This document shows positions 47,486 to 57,528 of a DNA stretch of 64,000 nucleotides, piece after piece (the first letter of the stretch is position 1; each line of letters opens with the position of its first letter). A program made the translations under genes and the position numbers. This DNA comes from an uncultured Candidatus Saccharibacteria bacterium (GTDB lineage: Bacteria; Patescibacteriota; Doudnabacteria; UBA920; O2-02-FULL-48-8), in the NCBI GenBank assembly GCA_964605735.1, contig CAZSDS010000001.1:639157-703156 (forward strand), in the 5' to 3' direction. The notes under the pieces are model-generated. The model ran no database searches. It was not told the origin of the DNA and saw only the letters and a program-made list of their open reading frames with translations.

Positions 47486-48559
47486 TTAAATACCGGTTAC
47501 CAGCTGGTTTTCCTCAGTTCGAAAAATCCTGGCGTGTGGCGTTATTTTTTCAGTACTGTACGCGTCCGTGGTTGTAATAAAAATCTGATGACCTTCCAAG
47601 CTGTTTAATAATCTTTCCCTACGCGTTTCATCCAGTTCTGAAAACACATCATCAAGCAGGATCAGGGGTTTTTCCTCCCCAATAGTCAGATAACTGGCTT
47701 GTAATAATTTCATCGCGAGAATCTGGGCTCTTAGCTCCCCTCTTGAGGAGTTATAAATATTAAGCTCGCCGTCTTTGTAGATACTGAAGTCGTCCCTGTG
47801 GGGCCCAAACAGATTTTGCGTGCTTCTAACCTCCGCGTCCTGGTATTCGCGCAGGCGGGACAAAAACAAATCCTGGTCAAATTCCTCTGGGATTCCCTTA
47901 TATTCAACCTTAAACCGGGCCGGTATCCCGGTCAGCTTGTCGTACATCTCCGTAAACCGATCATCCATGTACGTTAAAAAGTCACGCCTGACATGGCTTA
48001 AACGAACTGATATTTCCGCCAACTGAATATCCCAAAAATCCAGCTGGTCGCGCGCGGCTTCCCCTGACAAAATACTTTTTAATAAAGCCGCGCGCTGTTT
48101 TAAAACGTGCTCCAAACCGGAAATATCTGCGGCATAAGCCGGATCAAACTGCCCGAGCGTTTCGTCTAAATACTTTCGTCTGGCACTTGGTCCTAAAATA
48201 AATAAATTCAGGTCATTTGGAATAAACAACACTGCTTTAAAAGTCCGCCAGTGCAACCTTTTGACTTTCTGGTCGTCAATTTTATAACCGCGCCTGAGCA
48301 CTGGATTAACCTGAACCACAGCTTCAAGTTTTTTCTCGTCCGCAAACCCGACAATTTTAAAATAATCCTCTTGAGTGTTTACAAGAAGATTATCTGGCGC
48401 GCGAAACGATTTCAAATAAGCTAAAAAGTAGATACCTTCAATGAAATTGGTTTTTCCTGACGCATTGTTTCCAACTATCACAACCAAATCATTGTCCGTA
48501 TCCACCTCTAACCGCTTATAGTTTCGGTAATTTTCCAAATACACTGACTTTAAACGCAT
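47486..48559 (-). CDS. recF: DNA replication and repair protein RecF
   Basis: MRLKSVYLENYRNYKRLEV...GNNASGKTN; SMC-like signature near the C-terminus. Confidence 0.9.
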   Translation of the reverse strand: MRLKSVYLENYRNYKRLEVDTDNDLVVIVGNNASGKTNFIEGIYFLAYLKSFRAPDNLLVNTQEDYFKIVGFADEKKLEAVVQVNPVLRRGYKIDDQKVKRLHWRTFKAVLFIPNDLNLFILGPSARRKYLDETLGQFDPAYAADISGLEHVLKQRAALLKSILSGEAARDQLDFWDIQLAEISVRLSHVRRDFLTYMDDRFTEMYDKLTGIPARFKVEYKGIPEEFDQDLFLSRLREYQDAEVRSTQNLFGPHRDDFSIYKDGELNIYNSSRGELRAQILAMKLLQASYLTIGEEKPLILLDDVFSELDETRRERLLNSLEGHQIFITTTDAYSTEKITPHARIFRTEENQLVTGI

Positions 48560-48579
48560 TGGATTTTACCCGTCCCTTA

Positions 48580-49677
48580 CTATTGAATAATAGGCATCAC
48601 AATGTATGTGTAATTATCTCGTCCCTCCGGCAAAAACATGGCTGGAGACCGGTCGCTGATCAATTTGATTATAATATTCTGCTGTTTTAAGTTGTTCAAG
48701 CAATCCAAAATATATTTATAGTTAAAGATTGCATTGTTTTCTGAGCCGTGAACTTCCGCTTTAATCAAAGTGGTGTTCTCTCCGGCAGCCACACTGGATG
48801 CAGTAACCTTCAACCCCTCCCCAGGAATTGCCTGGATATGGATATTATATGAATCTGCGGCAAACAAGGCTGCAGCTTTTAAAGCATGAATTAAACTTTC
48901 CCTATCTGCAGTGATGTTTGTTTGAAATTCTTTGGGAATAATCTCTTTGTATGGGGGATAGTTGCCGTCAATCAGACGTGAAATCAGTTCAGTTTCTTCG
49001 AATTTGAACAAAACCTGGCTTTCAGAGAAGTAAACTTCCACATCACCCTTACCTGTGCTTAAAATCTTGTATAACTCGTTTATGGTGCGGGCTGGGATGA
49101 TAACGTCTCTTTGGGTTTTTACCGCGTCCTTGAGCACTGCAACGCGTTCTGCGAGCCTATAGCGATCAGTTGCGGCTATCTTCACCTTATCTTCTTCAAA
49201 ATTAAAGTAAACTCCTGAAATTTCAGGTTGTGTTTCGTTATTGGCAGCGGCCCAGATGGTTTCAGAAAGCGCGTCCCGCAACTCCTGGCTGTCAATTTTA
49301 GCGTAGGCCTCGTCAGCAACTTGGGGAATAAGCGGGAAATCATCAGAAGAAAGGCCTCGGATATTAGTGTTGTAATTTTCCGAAGACAAATTCAACATAG
49401 TTTCCTGCGTTGTCATTGTTATGACGTCAGTCGGAAGATTGCTTATATATTCATTGATCAGTTTAGCCGGGACCGTAAGCGAACCTTCTTCTTCAATTTT
49501 GCCGCCGATCCAAGTATTCACCCCAATCTCAAGGTTCGTGGAAGAAAGTTTAATTCTACCCTGATCAGTCTTCACTAGAATATTATTCAATACCTGTAAC
49601 GGATTCCCCACACCAACAACTCGACTGACCACAAACAAACCTTTTTTCAAATTCTCCTTGGTACATATTAATTTCAT
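48580..49677 (-). CDS. dnaN: DNA polymerase III beta sliding clamp
   Basis: 365 aa with typical N-terminal and overall similarity; sits between dnaA and recF. Confidence 0.9.
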   Translation of the reverse strand: MKLICTKENLKKGLFVVSRVVGVGNPLQVLNNILVKTDQGRIKLSSTNLEIGVNTWIGGKIEEEGSLTVPAKLINEYISNLPTDVITMTTQETMLNLSSENYNTNIRGLSSDDFPLIPQVADEAYAKIDSQELRDALSETIWAAANNETQPEISGVYFNFEEDKVKIAATDRYRLAERVAVLKDAVKTQRDVIIPARTINELYKILSTGKGDVEVYFSESQVLFKFEETELISRLIDGNYPPYKEIIPKEFQTNITADRESLIHALKAAALFAADSYNIHIQAIPGEGLKVTASSVAAGENTTLIKAEVHGSENNAIFNYKYILDCLNNLKQQNIIIKLISDRSPAMFLPEGRDNYTYIVMPIIQ

Positions 49678-49908
49678 ATATTTAAAAAAGAATAATAGTA
49701 ATAAGTGATGTTAGTTTGTGAACAAGATGTATAAATGCTTTTGTTTGTTAAGGATTTTTAAAATTTTTCGCTGTAGATTTTTATAATGACTTGTGGGGAA
49801 CTTGTTTATACTCCCGGAATAACTTTAACTTTCATTTTTAGCGCTGATGTTTGTTAACTATTTTTATACAACTCATCCACATCAATTCACAGGTTATGCA
49901 CTGAATTT
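49678..49908. other. Candidate oriC segment in the dnaA-dnaN intergenic region: AT-rich DUE-like stretch plus DnaA-box-like 9-mers
   Basis: TCATCCACA (49873-49881) is 1 mismatch from TTATCCACA, and TGTGGGGAA is 2 mismatches. The AT-rich run is ggatttttaaaatttttcgctgtagatttttataat. Confidence 0.4.
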
Positions 49909-51258
49909 TTAATTAAGATAAATTCTATCCCTGATTAGATCGATCTCCTGTTTTAGCCCACTTTTTTCTTTAATATTCTTCTCGACTTTATCAATGGCAT
50001 GGATAACAGTGGTGTGATCGCGGCCACCAAAGAACTCACCTATTGAAGGCAAGGAAGTTTCCAGCTCTTTTCTGATGATGTACATGGCAATTTGGCGCGG
50101 GTTTACATACTCTTTCTTTCTGGATTGTTTAAGCAGGTCTTCCGGCTGGACATTGTAAAAATCCGAAACAATTTCAATGATTTTTTTGGCTGAAACTCCG
50201 CGTTTTTTAGGCGGCGTTATTACGCTGACCAGAATATTTTTAACTTGGTCGATTGTCGGACGGGTGTTGTTAAGCTGGCAGTAAACCATCAAACGGTTTA
50301 AAGCGCCTTCCAGTTCGCGAATGTTGCTCTGGATGGTCTCTGCAATGTACTGGAGAATTTCCGGCTCTATATTGTAATTTTTTTCCTTACACTTGTTCTT
50401 TAAAATTGCCAGGCGTGTTTCAAGGTCTGGGGAAGCAATATCTGCTATCATCCCCCATTCAAATCTTGAAACCAAACGCTCCTCAATTGCCGGAATTTCT
50501 TTTGGTAATCGGTCAGAAGTCATGATTACCTGTTTGTTGTTTTGGTGAAGTGCGTTGAAAGTATGGAAAAACTCTTCCTGAGTCCCCTCTTTTCCAGCCA
50601 AAAACTGAATATCGTCAATCAAAAGAACGTCAACACTGCGGTAAAGTGATTTAAATTGCTCGGCTTTGCCCTGCGAGAGCGCAGACACGAACTCGTTAGT
50701 GAATCTTTCAGAGGTAACGTATAGGATTTTTGCGTCCGGTGTGCGTTTTAATACATCATTGCCCACTGCCTGCATTAAATGTGTCTTGCCAAGACCTACC
50801 CCGCCGTAAATAAACAGTGGATTGTAGGTTGTCCCCGGCTTTTTGCTTACTGCAAGACTTGCCGCGTGCGCCAACTGGTTGTGTGAGCCAACAATAAACG
50901 TGTCGAATGTATATTTAGGGTTAAGATTCTGGTTTGGTTCTTGTTTTCTGGCGTTTGATGGGATGGAAGCTGTCCTGGCTGCCTCTTTTGGCGCAATAGG
51001 GGCCACAAAAGTTGGGCTGACAATTTGGTATTTTACTTCTTTTATTTCCGGCGCGATTGTTTTTAGGGCTTTGAGTATTTCCTGGTGGTACTTGTTCTGT
51101 AACCACTCCTTGCTGAAAGCATTTGGCACCCCAACAACGATGCCAGTATCACTTTTTTCGATAATAGAGGTGTTTTTAAACCAGGTAATGAAGTTTGCCT
51201 TGCTTAGAGAAAGCTCCATATTACCCAGAATAGCTTGCCATAGCTGTTGGTTTGTCAT
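49909..51258 (-). CDS. dnaA: Chromosomal replication initiator DnaA
   Basis: GGVGLGKTHLMQAVGN Walker A; AAA+ domain; C-terminal DNA-binding domain. Confidence 0.95.
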   Translation of the reverse strand: MTNQQLWQAILGNMELSLSKANFITWFKNTSIIEKSDTGIVVGVPNAFSKEWLQNKYHQEILKALKTIAPEIKEVKYQIVSPTFVAPIAPKEAARTASIPSNARKQEPNQNLNPKYTFDTFIVGSHNQLAHAASLAVSKKPGTTYNPLFIYGGVGLGKTHLMQAVGNDVLKRTPDAKILYVTSERFTNEFVSALSQGKAEQFKSLYRSVDVLLIDDIQFLAGKEGTQEEFFHTFNALHQNNKQVIMTSDRLPKEIPAIEERLVSRFEWGMIADIASPDLETRLAILKNKCKEKNYNIEPEILQYIAETIQSNIRELEGALNRLMVYCQLNNTRPTIDQVKNILVSVITPPKKRGVSAKKIIEIVSDFYNVQPEDLLKQSRKKEYVNPRQIAMYIIRKELETSLPSIGEFFGGRDHTTVIHAIDKVEKNIKEKSGLKQEIDLIRDRIYLN

Positions 51259-51537
51259 GCTTTTATAGGGTTACGGTCTTAGGTTTGAACGAGTTATTAA
51301 CAGGGTAAAAAATATCCTATCCATAATAACAGATTAGTTATCCCCATGTAAACTCGTACAAAAAGGCTAGTTTAAGCCATAATTTAGGGGGTGTGTGCAT
51401 AGATTGGGGATAACGGGTGCAAAGGCTGGGGCTAGATCGCAGGGGGATGACAAAATAGCAATTTTCCATTATAATCTTTAGGTAAATCGGCGGCTTACTC
51501 AAAACAATTATTAGCATAAAGTTGCCGTATTGATATT
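51259..51537. other. Candidate oriC / dnaA promoter region with inverted DnaA-box-like repeats
   Basis: TTATCCCCA (51338-51346) and its inverse TGGGGATAA (51405-51413); TATCCATAA (51318-51326); also TTTTCCATT. Divergent rpmH and dnaA promoters must lie here. Confidence 0.45.
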
Positions 51538-51672
51538 ATGAAGCCTACTTACAACCCGAAAAAGGTTCACAGAAAGCGCGTCCATGGCTTTAGAAAGCGC
51601 ATGAAAACCCGCAACGGCAGAACTGTCCTGGCCCGCCGACGTGCAAAAGGCCGAAAGAAATTGTCAGTTTAA
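51538..51672 (+). CDS. rpmH: 50S ribosomal protein L34
   Basis: Translates to [44 protein letters not shown] (44 aa). It is not in the ORF track because it is under 60 aa. Confidence 0.85.
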   Translation: MKPTYNPKKVHRKRVHGFRKRMKTRNGRTVLARRRAKGRKKLSV

Positions 51673-52007
51673 TGCCAAAAAAGCTTGTTTTTCTTAAAAC
51701 TGAAGAAGATTTCGCAAATTTTAAGAAGAGCCGCAAGCTTGTTTCTGCCAATTTCATTTTCCGTTGGCATGTGCCCAAGAACCAAAACATTACCCGTTTT
51801 GGTTTTATTGTTCCCAAGAAAACCTTCAAGAAAGTCACGGACAGAAACAAGATAAAGCGGCGGATTAAGGCAATTTTAGCCAAACACTCAGCTGGTATGA
51901 GGCCGGTGGATATACTGTTCTTCCCAAAACCTGCTAGTATTAAGCTGAAGTTTGCAGATCTGGAAGCAGAAATTCTGGAGCTTTTAAAAAAATCAGGGGT
52001 TTTATGA
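51672..52007 (+). CDS. rnpA: Ribonuclease P protein component
   Basis: Basic 111-aa protein right after rpmH with overlapping TAATG; contains ...FGFIVPKK...RNKIKRRIK.... Confidence 0.8.
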   Translation: MPKKLVFLKTEEDFANFKKSRKLVSANFIFRWHVPKNQNITRFGFIVPKKTFKKVTDRNKIKRRIKAILAKHSAGMRPVDILFFPKPASIKLKFADLEAEILELLKKSGVL

Positions 52008-52276
52008 AAACAATATCGCGGATCTTGCAAGAAATTAGCAGAATTTTGGCTTGGCCGCTTCTCGCGGTCGTTTTCTTGTACCAAAAGTCCCTCTCCCCTG
52101 ACCACGGATTGCTCAAACCTTTTTATCCTTACGGATACTGCAAATTCTATCCCACATGTTCTGAGTATGCATCAATAGTTTTGCGGACAAAAGGGATTAT
52201 TGGTTTACCGAAAATATTTAAACGCGTCGTTTCCTGCAACCCCTGGAGCATGGGCGGCGTAGATTGGCCAAAATAA
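52004..52276 (+). CDS. yidD: Membrane protein insertion efficiency factor YidD
   Basis: YQKSLSP...CKFYPTCSEYA...G matches the YidD signature. Confidence 0.8.
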   Translation: MKTISRILQEISRILAWPLLAVVFLYQKSLSPDHGLLKPFYPYGYCKFYPTCSEYASIVLRTKGIIGLPKIFKRVVSCNPWSMGGVDWPK

Positions 52277-52280
52277 CTTT

Positions 52281-53021
52281 ATGGGAAATATATTCAATAC
52301 GATTTTAGTGGAGCCGTTGCTTAATGCCCTGGTTTTTATCTATGACTACATTCCGGACATTGGCGTGGCAATTATCATTCTGACGGTTCTGGTTAGATTG
52401 CTTTTATTGCCTTCGTTCCATAAGTCTTTGAAACATCAGCGCGACATCCAGAAACTCCAGCCAAAAATGCGCGAGATCAAGGAAAAGTACAAGGATGACC
52501 AACAGCAACAGGCGCAGGCTATGATGGAGCTTTACAAGGTTCATAAAGTTAACCCACTAAGTTCTTGTTTGCCGATACTGATCCAGTTGCCGTTGCTGTT
52601 TGCCTTGTATCGCGTTTTCATTCAAAGTTTGAACGGAGAGCAAATCCAGGGGTTGTATAGTTTTGTCAAAAATCCAGGGATGATTGACCCGATGTTCATG
52701 GGATTTATTGATCTTGCGGCTAAGGGGAATTATTGGATGGCGGCTGCAGCCGCGGTTTTGCAGTTCTTCCAAACCAAAATGTACCAGCATGGCAAGGCAA
52801 AAGAAGCGGCTTCCGCTTCTTCAGACGACACCATGGAAGCCACAAACCGCATGATGATGAACTATATGATGTATTTTCTGCCAGCTCTGACGTTTTTCTT
52901 CGGTATTCAGTTTCCAGCCGGCTTGTCATTGTACTGGATAACCACTACCCTATTCGGTATTGGTCAGCAATATTACATCTTAAGGAAGGAAGCAAAGGAA
53001 GCATTGTATGGAAAACAATAA
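52281..53021 (+). CDS. yidC: Membrane protein insertase YidC (short Gram-positive/CPR type)
   Basis: 246 aa; five TM helices of the YidC/Oxa1 core (LPLLFALY..., GLSLYWITTTLF). Confidence 0.8.
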   Translation: MGNIFNTILVEPLLNALVFIYDYIPDIGVAIIILTVLVRLLLLPSFHKSLKHQRDIQKLQPKMREIKEKYKDDQQQQAQAMMELYKVHKVNPLSSCLPILIQLPLLFALYRVFIQSLNGEQIQGLYSFVKNPGMIDPMFMGFIDLAAKGNYWMAAAAAVLQFFQTKMYQHGKAKEAASASSDDTMEATNRMMMNYMMYFLPALTFFFGIQFPAGLSLYWITTTLFGIGQQYYILRKEAKEALYGKQ

Positions 53022-53505
53022 TATTGAGATTGCAAAAAAAGTCATTAAGGAAATGCTTGGGCACATGGGTTTTACTGCCGAAGTTTACGAACGCCAGGAA
53101 GAAGGGCGTGTGGTTTTCAATGTCCGATGCGATGATGCCAAGCTTTTGATCGGAAAACAGGGTGCAACTTTGGAAGCCTTGCAGTATTTGATTAAACTGG
53201 TTGTTTATAGGCAGATTCCACCGGAAGAAAAGTTCTCCTTTGCTGTTGATATTGATGACTACAAAGATAAGCGCGTTATCTACCTGAAGGATTTGGCACG
53301 AAAGGCTGCACATCAGGTCAAGACCACAAAGAAGCCCGTTTCTCTGGTACCAATGCCTTCGCACGAAAGGCGGGTCATCCATAATTACTTGTCGTTATAC
53401 TCTGATGTGTCTTCGGAGAGTATTGGAAAAGAGCCGGAGCGCAAAATCATTATCCGGTACAAGAAGCCGCAAGATTCCGGTTTTAACCTCATAGAAGAAA
53501 TGTAA
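53008..53505 (+). CDS. khpB: Jag/KhpB-like RNA-binding protein (KH + R3H)
   Basis: C-terminal R3H (HERRVIHNYL); overlaps the yidC 3' end. Confidence 0.75.
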   Translation: MENNNIEIAKKVIKEMLGHMGFTAEVYERQEEGRVVFNVRCDDAKLLIGKQGATLEALQYLIKLVVYRQIPPEEKFSFAVDIDDYKDKRVIYLKDLARKAAHQVKTTKKPVSLVPMPSHERRVIHNYLSLYSDVSSESIGKEPERKIIIRYKKPQDSGFNLIEEM

Positions 53506-53510
53506 AACAA

Positions 53511-53540
53511 AAACCCCCAGCACGGGGGTTTCTTTTTTTG
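53511..53540. terminator. Bidirectional terminator
   Basis: ccccc-agcac-ggggg with an A-run before and T-runs after. Confidence 0.65.
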
Positions 53541-53546
53541 GGGGTC

Positions 53547-54752
53547 TTACTCTTCAATAAAGAAGATTGCAAGCACTGACCAGAAAAGCACTGATAGGTC
53601 ATTTTTGAAATAAGGGGCGTCCACCATCCCATGCACAAACATAGTTACCAGGAATAAAGCTGCGGCCAAGGAAAGCAGGTGGGGTTTTTGCTTATATCTT
53701 TTTAAAGCAAAAAAGATGATTAAAGCGAAGCAAATAATTCCCAGCAAACCCGTTTCTATCCAGAAATTCAAGATGATGTTGTGCGGATAGTTCAGGATTT
53801 CTCCCTGGTACTCAGGATTTTGCTCAAGTGTGGTCCTGAATCCGTACAATCCGTTTCCTAAAAGCGGATTTCCCAGAATTTTATCAACTGCTGCCTTGTA
53901 CAGCGCTACCCGCTCCCCGCTTGAAGCGTCATTGAAGGATTGCTTAAACCTGTTGAAAGCGAATGGAGACATAACTATTAGGGCAATAGCCAAACCAGCC
54001 GCCCATTTGCGAACCGCCTGACGGTTTTGTTTTATCAAAAGCACTGCTAATCCGGCTAAAATTCCCAGCCATGCTCCCCTGGAATAAGTCAGCATTAGTG
54101 CAATCAGCATAAGAATGAGCCCTGACCCCATTTGCCATGGTTTTACAACGCGATATTGTTTGGCGAACAAGGACAAGAAGAGTGTGAATACCGGCGCCAG
54201 ATACAATGCCAGGGCATTCGGATACTCAAACACTGAAGTGATTCGTTTTATTTCTTCTCCATACCCCCAAAACCTCAATGGCAACCATAAATGAGTCCAG
54301 TATTGGACAATGCCAAACAAGCTAATAAGCGTGGCAGACCAAAACAGGAACGCAAGCGGCGTTTTCAGCTCCTGTTTGGATTTGAAAATTACAACCGCGG
54401 CATAGAACAACAGGATTGGTTCCACAAAAAAAGCCTTAAACTGGCCCAGCGCGCGCACTGGCTCAGGCGAAACCAAAACCGAAATTATTGCTGCCGCAAC
54501 CAATCCAAGCACTGCTTGGTTAATCTGGCCCAGCTTTTTGATTTTTACCCAAGACTCTTTTTTGTAATGCGTTAGCAACACTGCTAACAAAAACACCCCA
54601 ACCATCAGTTCAAGTGCGGTGGTTGGGATGCCGACTATTTGAAAGCGCAACAGGTAGGCTGGGAGCAGTGCCAGTAATATTCCATACGCAGCCTTGCTGT
54701 ATCTAAAACTGATTCCGAAAAAGATTGTAAGAAAGGCTATTCCTGCTGTCAT
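53547..54752 (-). CDS. O-antigen ligase / Wzy-type polymerase family membrane protein
   Basis: About 10 TM helices; LTYSRGAWLGILAGLAVLLI is a Wzy_C-like motif. Immediately downstream of the PBP gene on the same strand. Confidence 0.5.
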   Translation of the reverse strand: MTAGIAFLTIFFGISFRYSKAAYGILLALLPAYLLRFQIVGIPTTALELMVGVFLLAVLLTHYKKESWVKIKKLGQINQAVLGLVAAAIISVLVSPEPVRALGQFKAFFVEPILLFYAAVVIFKSKQELKTPLAFLFWSATLISLFGIVQYWTHLWLPLRFWGYGEEIKRITSVFEYPNALALYLAPVFTLFLSLFAKQYRVVKPWQMGSGLILMLIALMLTYSRGAWLGILAGLAVLLIKQNRQAVRKWAAGLAIALIVMSPFAFNRFKQSFNDASSGERVALYKAAVDKILGNPLLGNGLYGFRTTLEQNPEYQGEILNYPHNIILNFWIETGLLGIICFALIIFFALKRYKQKPHLLSLAAALFLVTMFVHGMVDAPYFKNDLSVLFWSVLAIFFIEE

Positions 54753-54755
54753 TTT

Positions 54756-57431
54756 TTAATTCTTCTTTTTGTTTTTATTATTGCCGTTGCCATTACTATT
54801 TATAATCAGGTCCAGGATTGAGCCTCGGTCTTCCTCATCATCATTGATACCAAAGCTGTCTCCCAGCACCTCTACCCTTACACTATACTGGATTCTTTCG
54901 CCATTGAACATGTTCACCTGAGCTGTGAGTGTTTGCCAACCGCTTCTCTCTGCCGTAACCAGGAAGTTATACGGAGAATCGTCCCTGCGGTCAATATACT
55001 TCCCTTCAAAATACAATTCCACGCTTTTCGGTTTTTCGCCTGTTATTTGCAGTCTGACGTCAAAAGGAGAATTGACTTGGCTGTTCCCGCTTGGGGCCAG
55101 GAAGGTTACTTGCGTTTTGGAGAAGTTAGGGTTGATTGAGCCGTCGTCCTGTTCTGTTGGGGGATAGTTGTAACCGGCGGCCAGGGCCCAGTTTCGGACC
55201 GGGGTTTCCCAGTTTGGGCGGTCAGGTTGTTCGGAATGGAGCACGGTATAGACGCGTGTTTCGATAAACTCTTCCGGTGTGCTGTCATTGGCAAGCTTGC
55301 CGTTCATGCGGTTTATGCGAACCGCGACGTGCACGTCGTCGTGTTCTTTGGGCACGGAATTTTCGGCAAAAACTTCCTGTTTAGTGGAAGGCGTATATTC
55401 AGTGGGGAGTTTTCCTGACACAGAATCAACAAACAGTCTTTGGATTCCTTCCGGAGCCTGGAATTGCTCTGGTGAGGTGCCTGCAGTGGCTTCCCGCATA
55501 AACTGGTTCCAGATTGGTGCGGCCGTAAACACGCCATCTGCGCCTGCTCTCATCAACTCACCTTTGTTGTTGCCGGTCCACACTCCGGCTACCAATGAAG
55601 GAGTATAACCAATGGTCCATCCGTCTTTCCATTCTTGTGTGGTTCCGGTTTTGGCGCCCACTACGCGGTCAGGAAGGACAAGCGGTGATCTTGAACCAAA
55701 GACGTATGATCTGGCCTGGTTGTCAGTCATAATGTCGACTATCTCGTATGCCACTTGCGGGTTGATCACTTCCCTGCCCGCTTCTTTATATTCTTCCAGC
55801 ACCTGTCCTTTACTGTCAGTGATTTTCAGGATTGGAGTATGGTCATGCTTAACTCCCATGTTTGCGAATACGCCCATTGCGGAAACATGGTCAAGCAATG
55901 TTACTTCACAACCGCCAAGCACCAGAGACAAACCGCATCGGTCAGTGTCCAGCGGCGAGGTTATGCCCAAATCTTTTGCAGTATCAATTGCATCCTGCAC
56001 TCCGGTCAAAAACAAGGTTTTTACCGCAGGCACGTTTAAAGAGCCAGCCAAGGCTTTTCTCATTGAGACTGGGCCATGAGACGCGCCGTCATAGTTGGCT
56101 GGGGTGTAGTCCCTGCCGCCAAAGGTTCCGAAATTAGTCCTGACGTCCATTAACATGGTTGCCGGAGACATGCCTTCTTTGAAGGCTGTGGCGTAAACAT
56201 AAGGCTTAAAGGAAGATCCCGGCTGTCTTTGTCTGAGTGCCACGTTAACCTGGCCATCAATATCTTCTGCAAAATAATCCTTCGACCCGACCATGGCCAG
56301 AATGTGTCCGGTTTTTGGGTTAATGGCAACCAGGGCTGCGTTTTCAGCGCGGTAATTTTTTGCATTTCGGGCAGCTCCTTCAGCCACCGCCTTTTCAGCC
56401 ATTTCCTGTAATCTCCAGTCCAGGGTGGTGACCACCCTTAAACCACCTTCTTCCAAGGTTTTTTCGCCGTATTCTTCAGCGAGCAATTGTTGGACATACT
56501 GGACAAAGTGCGGAGCCTTGATTGCAGTTTTTATTTTGCTGAAAGCTACCTTTTCCGCTTTGGCTTTATCCCTGTCCTCTGCCGAGATGTATCCCTGTCT
56601 TTGCATTTCATCCAAGACCAGGTTTTTTCTGACCTCCCAGCGGTCAGGGTTGTTGCTGTAAAAGCTTGGCGCTTGCGGCACGGCAGCAAGATAAGCAGCT
56701 TCAGCCAAGCTTAAGTCGTTCGCGCTTTTGCCAAAGTATGTTTGTGCAGCTGCTTCCACGCCATAAGCGTTTCGTCCATAAGGAATTTCGTTCAGATAGA
56801 GTTTCAAGATTTCGTCTTTGCTGAATTTCTGTTCCATTTGAATGGCCAAAACAGCCTCTTTGATTTTTCTGACGTAGGCTTCAAGCGTTGATTCTTTATG
56901 GTCCGGCAGAAGAATGGCGTTTTTGACAAACTGCTGGGTGATGGTGGATCCACCTTGGCTGGTCAGGTCGCCGCGGGTTACATTCTTTACCGCGGATCTG
57001 ATAATGCCGTCAATATCCACGCCTTTGTTGCGGTAAAAATCCTTGTCTTCAATGGCAATGGTTGCATCTCTCATGTATTGCGGGACCTGATCAAGCTCAA
57101 CCAAAGTTCGTTTGGCTTCACCGTGGATTTCATACAACAAAGTCTGCCCGTCATTGGCGTAAATTTTGGTTGACTCAGGGACTACGCGCGCAGATAATTT
57201 GTTCGGGTTAGGCAAACTTAAAGACACGATGAAAAACATGATACTGCCTGCAATTAGTCCAAGCCCGGCCAGTCCAAGACCGTACTTCAATGACTTTTTC
57301 CAGGTCCAGTTTGCAAAGAATTTCCGTTTCATTTTACGGGCGGTTTCCTTTATCCAAGCCACTGACCCATTGACTGAGTTTTCCCATTTTGGGCGGCGGT
57401 TGTGTTTATTCCAGTTAAAATGGTAATACAT
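54756..57431 (-). CDS. Class A penicillin-binding protein (glycosyltransferase GT51 + transpeptidase) with a C-terminal extension
   Basis: EDKDFYRNKGVD...GGSTITQQ (GT51 motifs); SSFKP (SxxK); SLN (60 aa downstream of SSFKP, so a weak match); KTGT. Confidence 0.85.
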   Translation of the reverse strand: MYYHFNWNKHNRRPKWENSVNGSVAWIKETARKMKRKFFANWTWKKSLKYGLGLAGLGLIAGSIMFFIVSLSLPNPNKLSARVVPESTKIYANDGQTLLYEIHGEAKRTLVELDQVPQYMRDATIAIEDKDFYRNKGVDIDGIIRSAVKNVTRGDLTSQGGSTITQQFVKNAILLPDHKESTLEAYVRKIKEAVLAIQMEQKFSKDEILKLYLNEIPYGRNAYGVEAAAQTYFGKSANDLSLAEAAYLAAVPQAPSFYSNNPDRWEVRKNLVLDEMQRQGYISAEDRDKAKAEKVAFSKIKTAIKAPHFVQYVQQLLAEEYGEKTLEEGGLRVVTTLDWRLQEMAEKAVAEGAARNAKNYRAENAALVAINPKTGHILAMVGSKDYFAEDIDGQVNVALRQRQPGSSFKPYVYATAFKEGMSPATMLMDVRTNFGTFGGRDYTPANYDGASHGPVSMRKALAGSLNVPAVKTLFLTGVQDAIDTAKDLGITSPLDTDRCGLSLVLGGCEVTLLDHVSAMGVFANMGVKHDHTPILKITDSKGQVLEEYKEAGREVINPQVAYEIVDIMTDNQARSYVFGSRSPLVLPDRVVGAKTGTTQEWKDGWTIGYTPSLVAGVWTGNNKGELMRAGADGVFTAAPIWNQFMREATAGTSPEQFQAPEGIQRLFVDSVSGKLPTEYTPSTKQEVFAENSVPKEHDDVHVAVRINRMNGKLANDSTPEEFIETRVYTVLHSEQPDRPNWETPVRNWALAAGYNYPPTEQDDGSINPNFSKTQVTFLAPSGNSQVNSPFDVRLQITGEKPKSVELYFEGKYIDRRDDSPYNFLVTAERSGWQTLTAQVNMFNGERIQYSVRVEVLGDSFGINDDEEDRGSILDLIINSNGNGNNKNKKKN

Positions 57432-57528
57432 AATAAATTCGCTACTTTTTCACCTACTAATTCTACCAAAAAACTGGTATTATATAAAGGCAAAACGAGG
57501 GCATTGGCAAGATAATTGAAATTGATAT

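Noticed and set aside
57432-57528. Looked for a T-box leader upstream of tyrS.
   Set aside because: The leader is only about 50 nt, from the extended -10 TGgTATTAT to the ATG, which is too short for a T-box.
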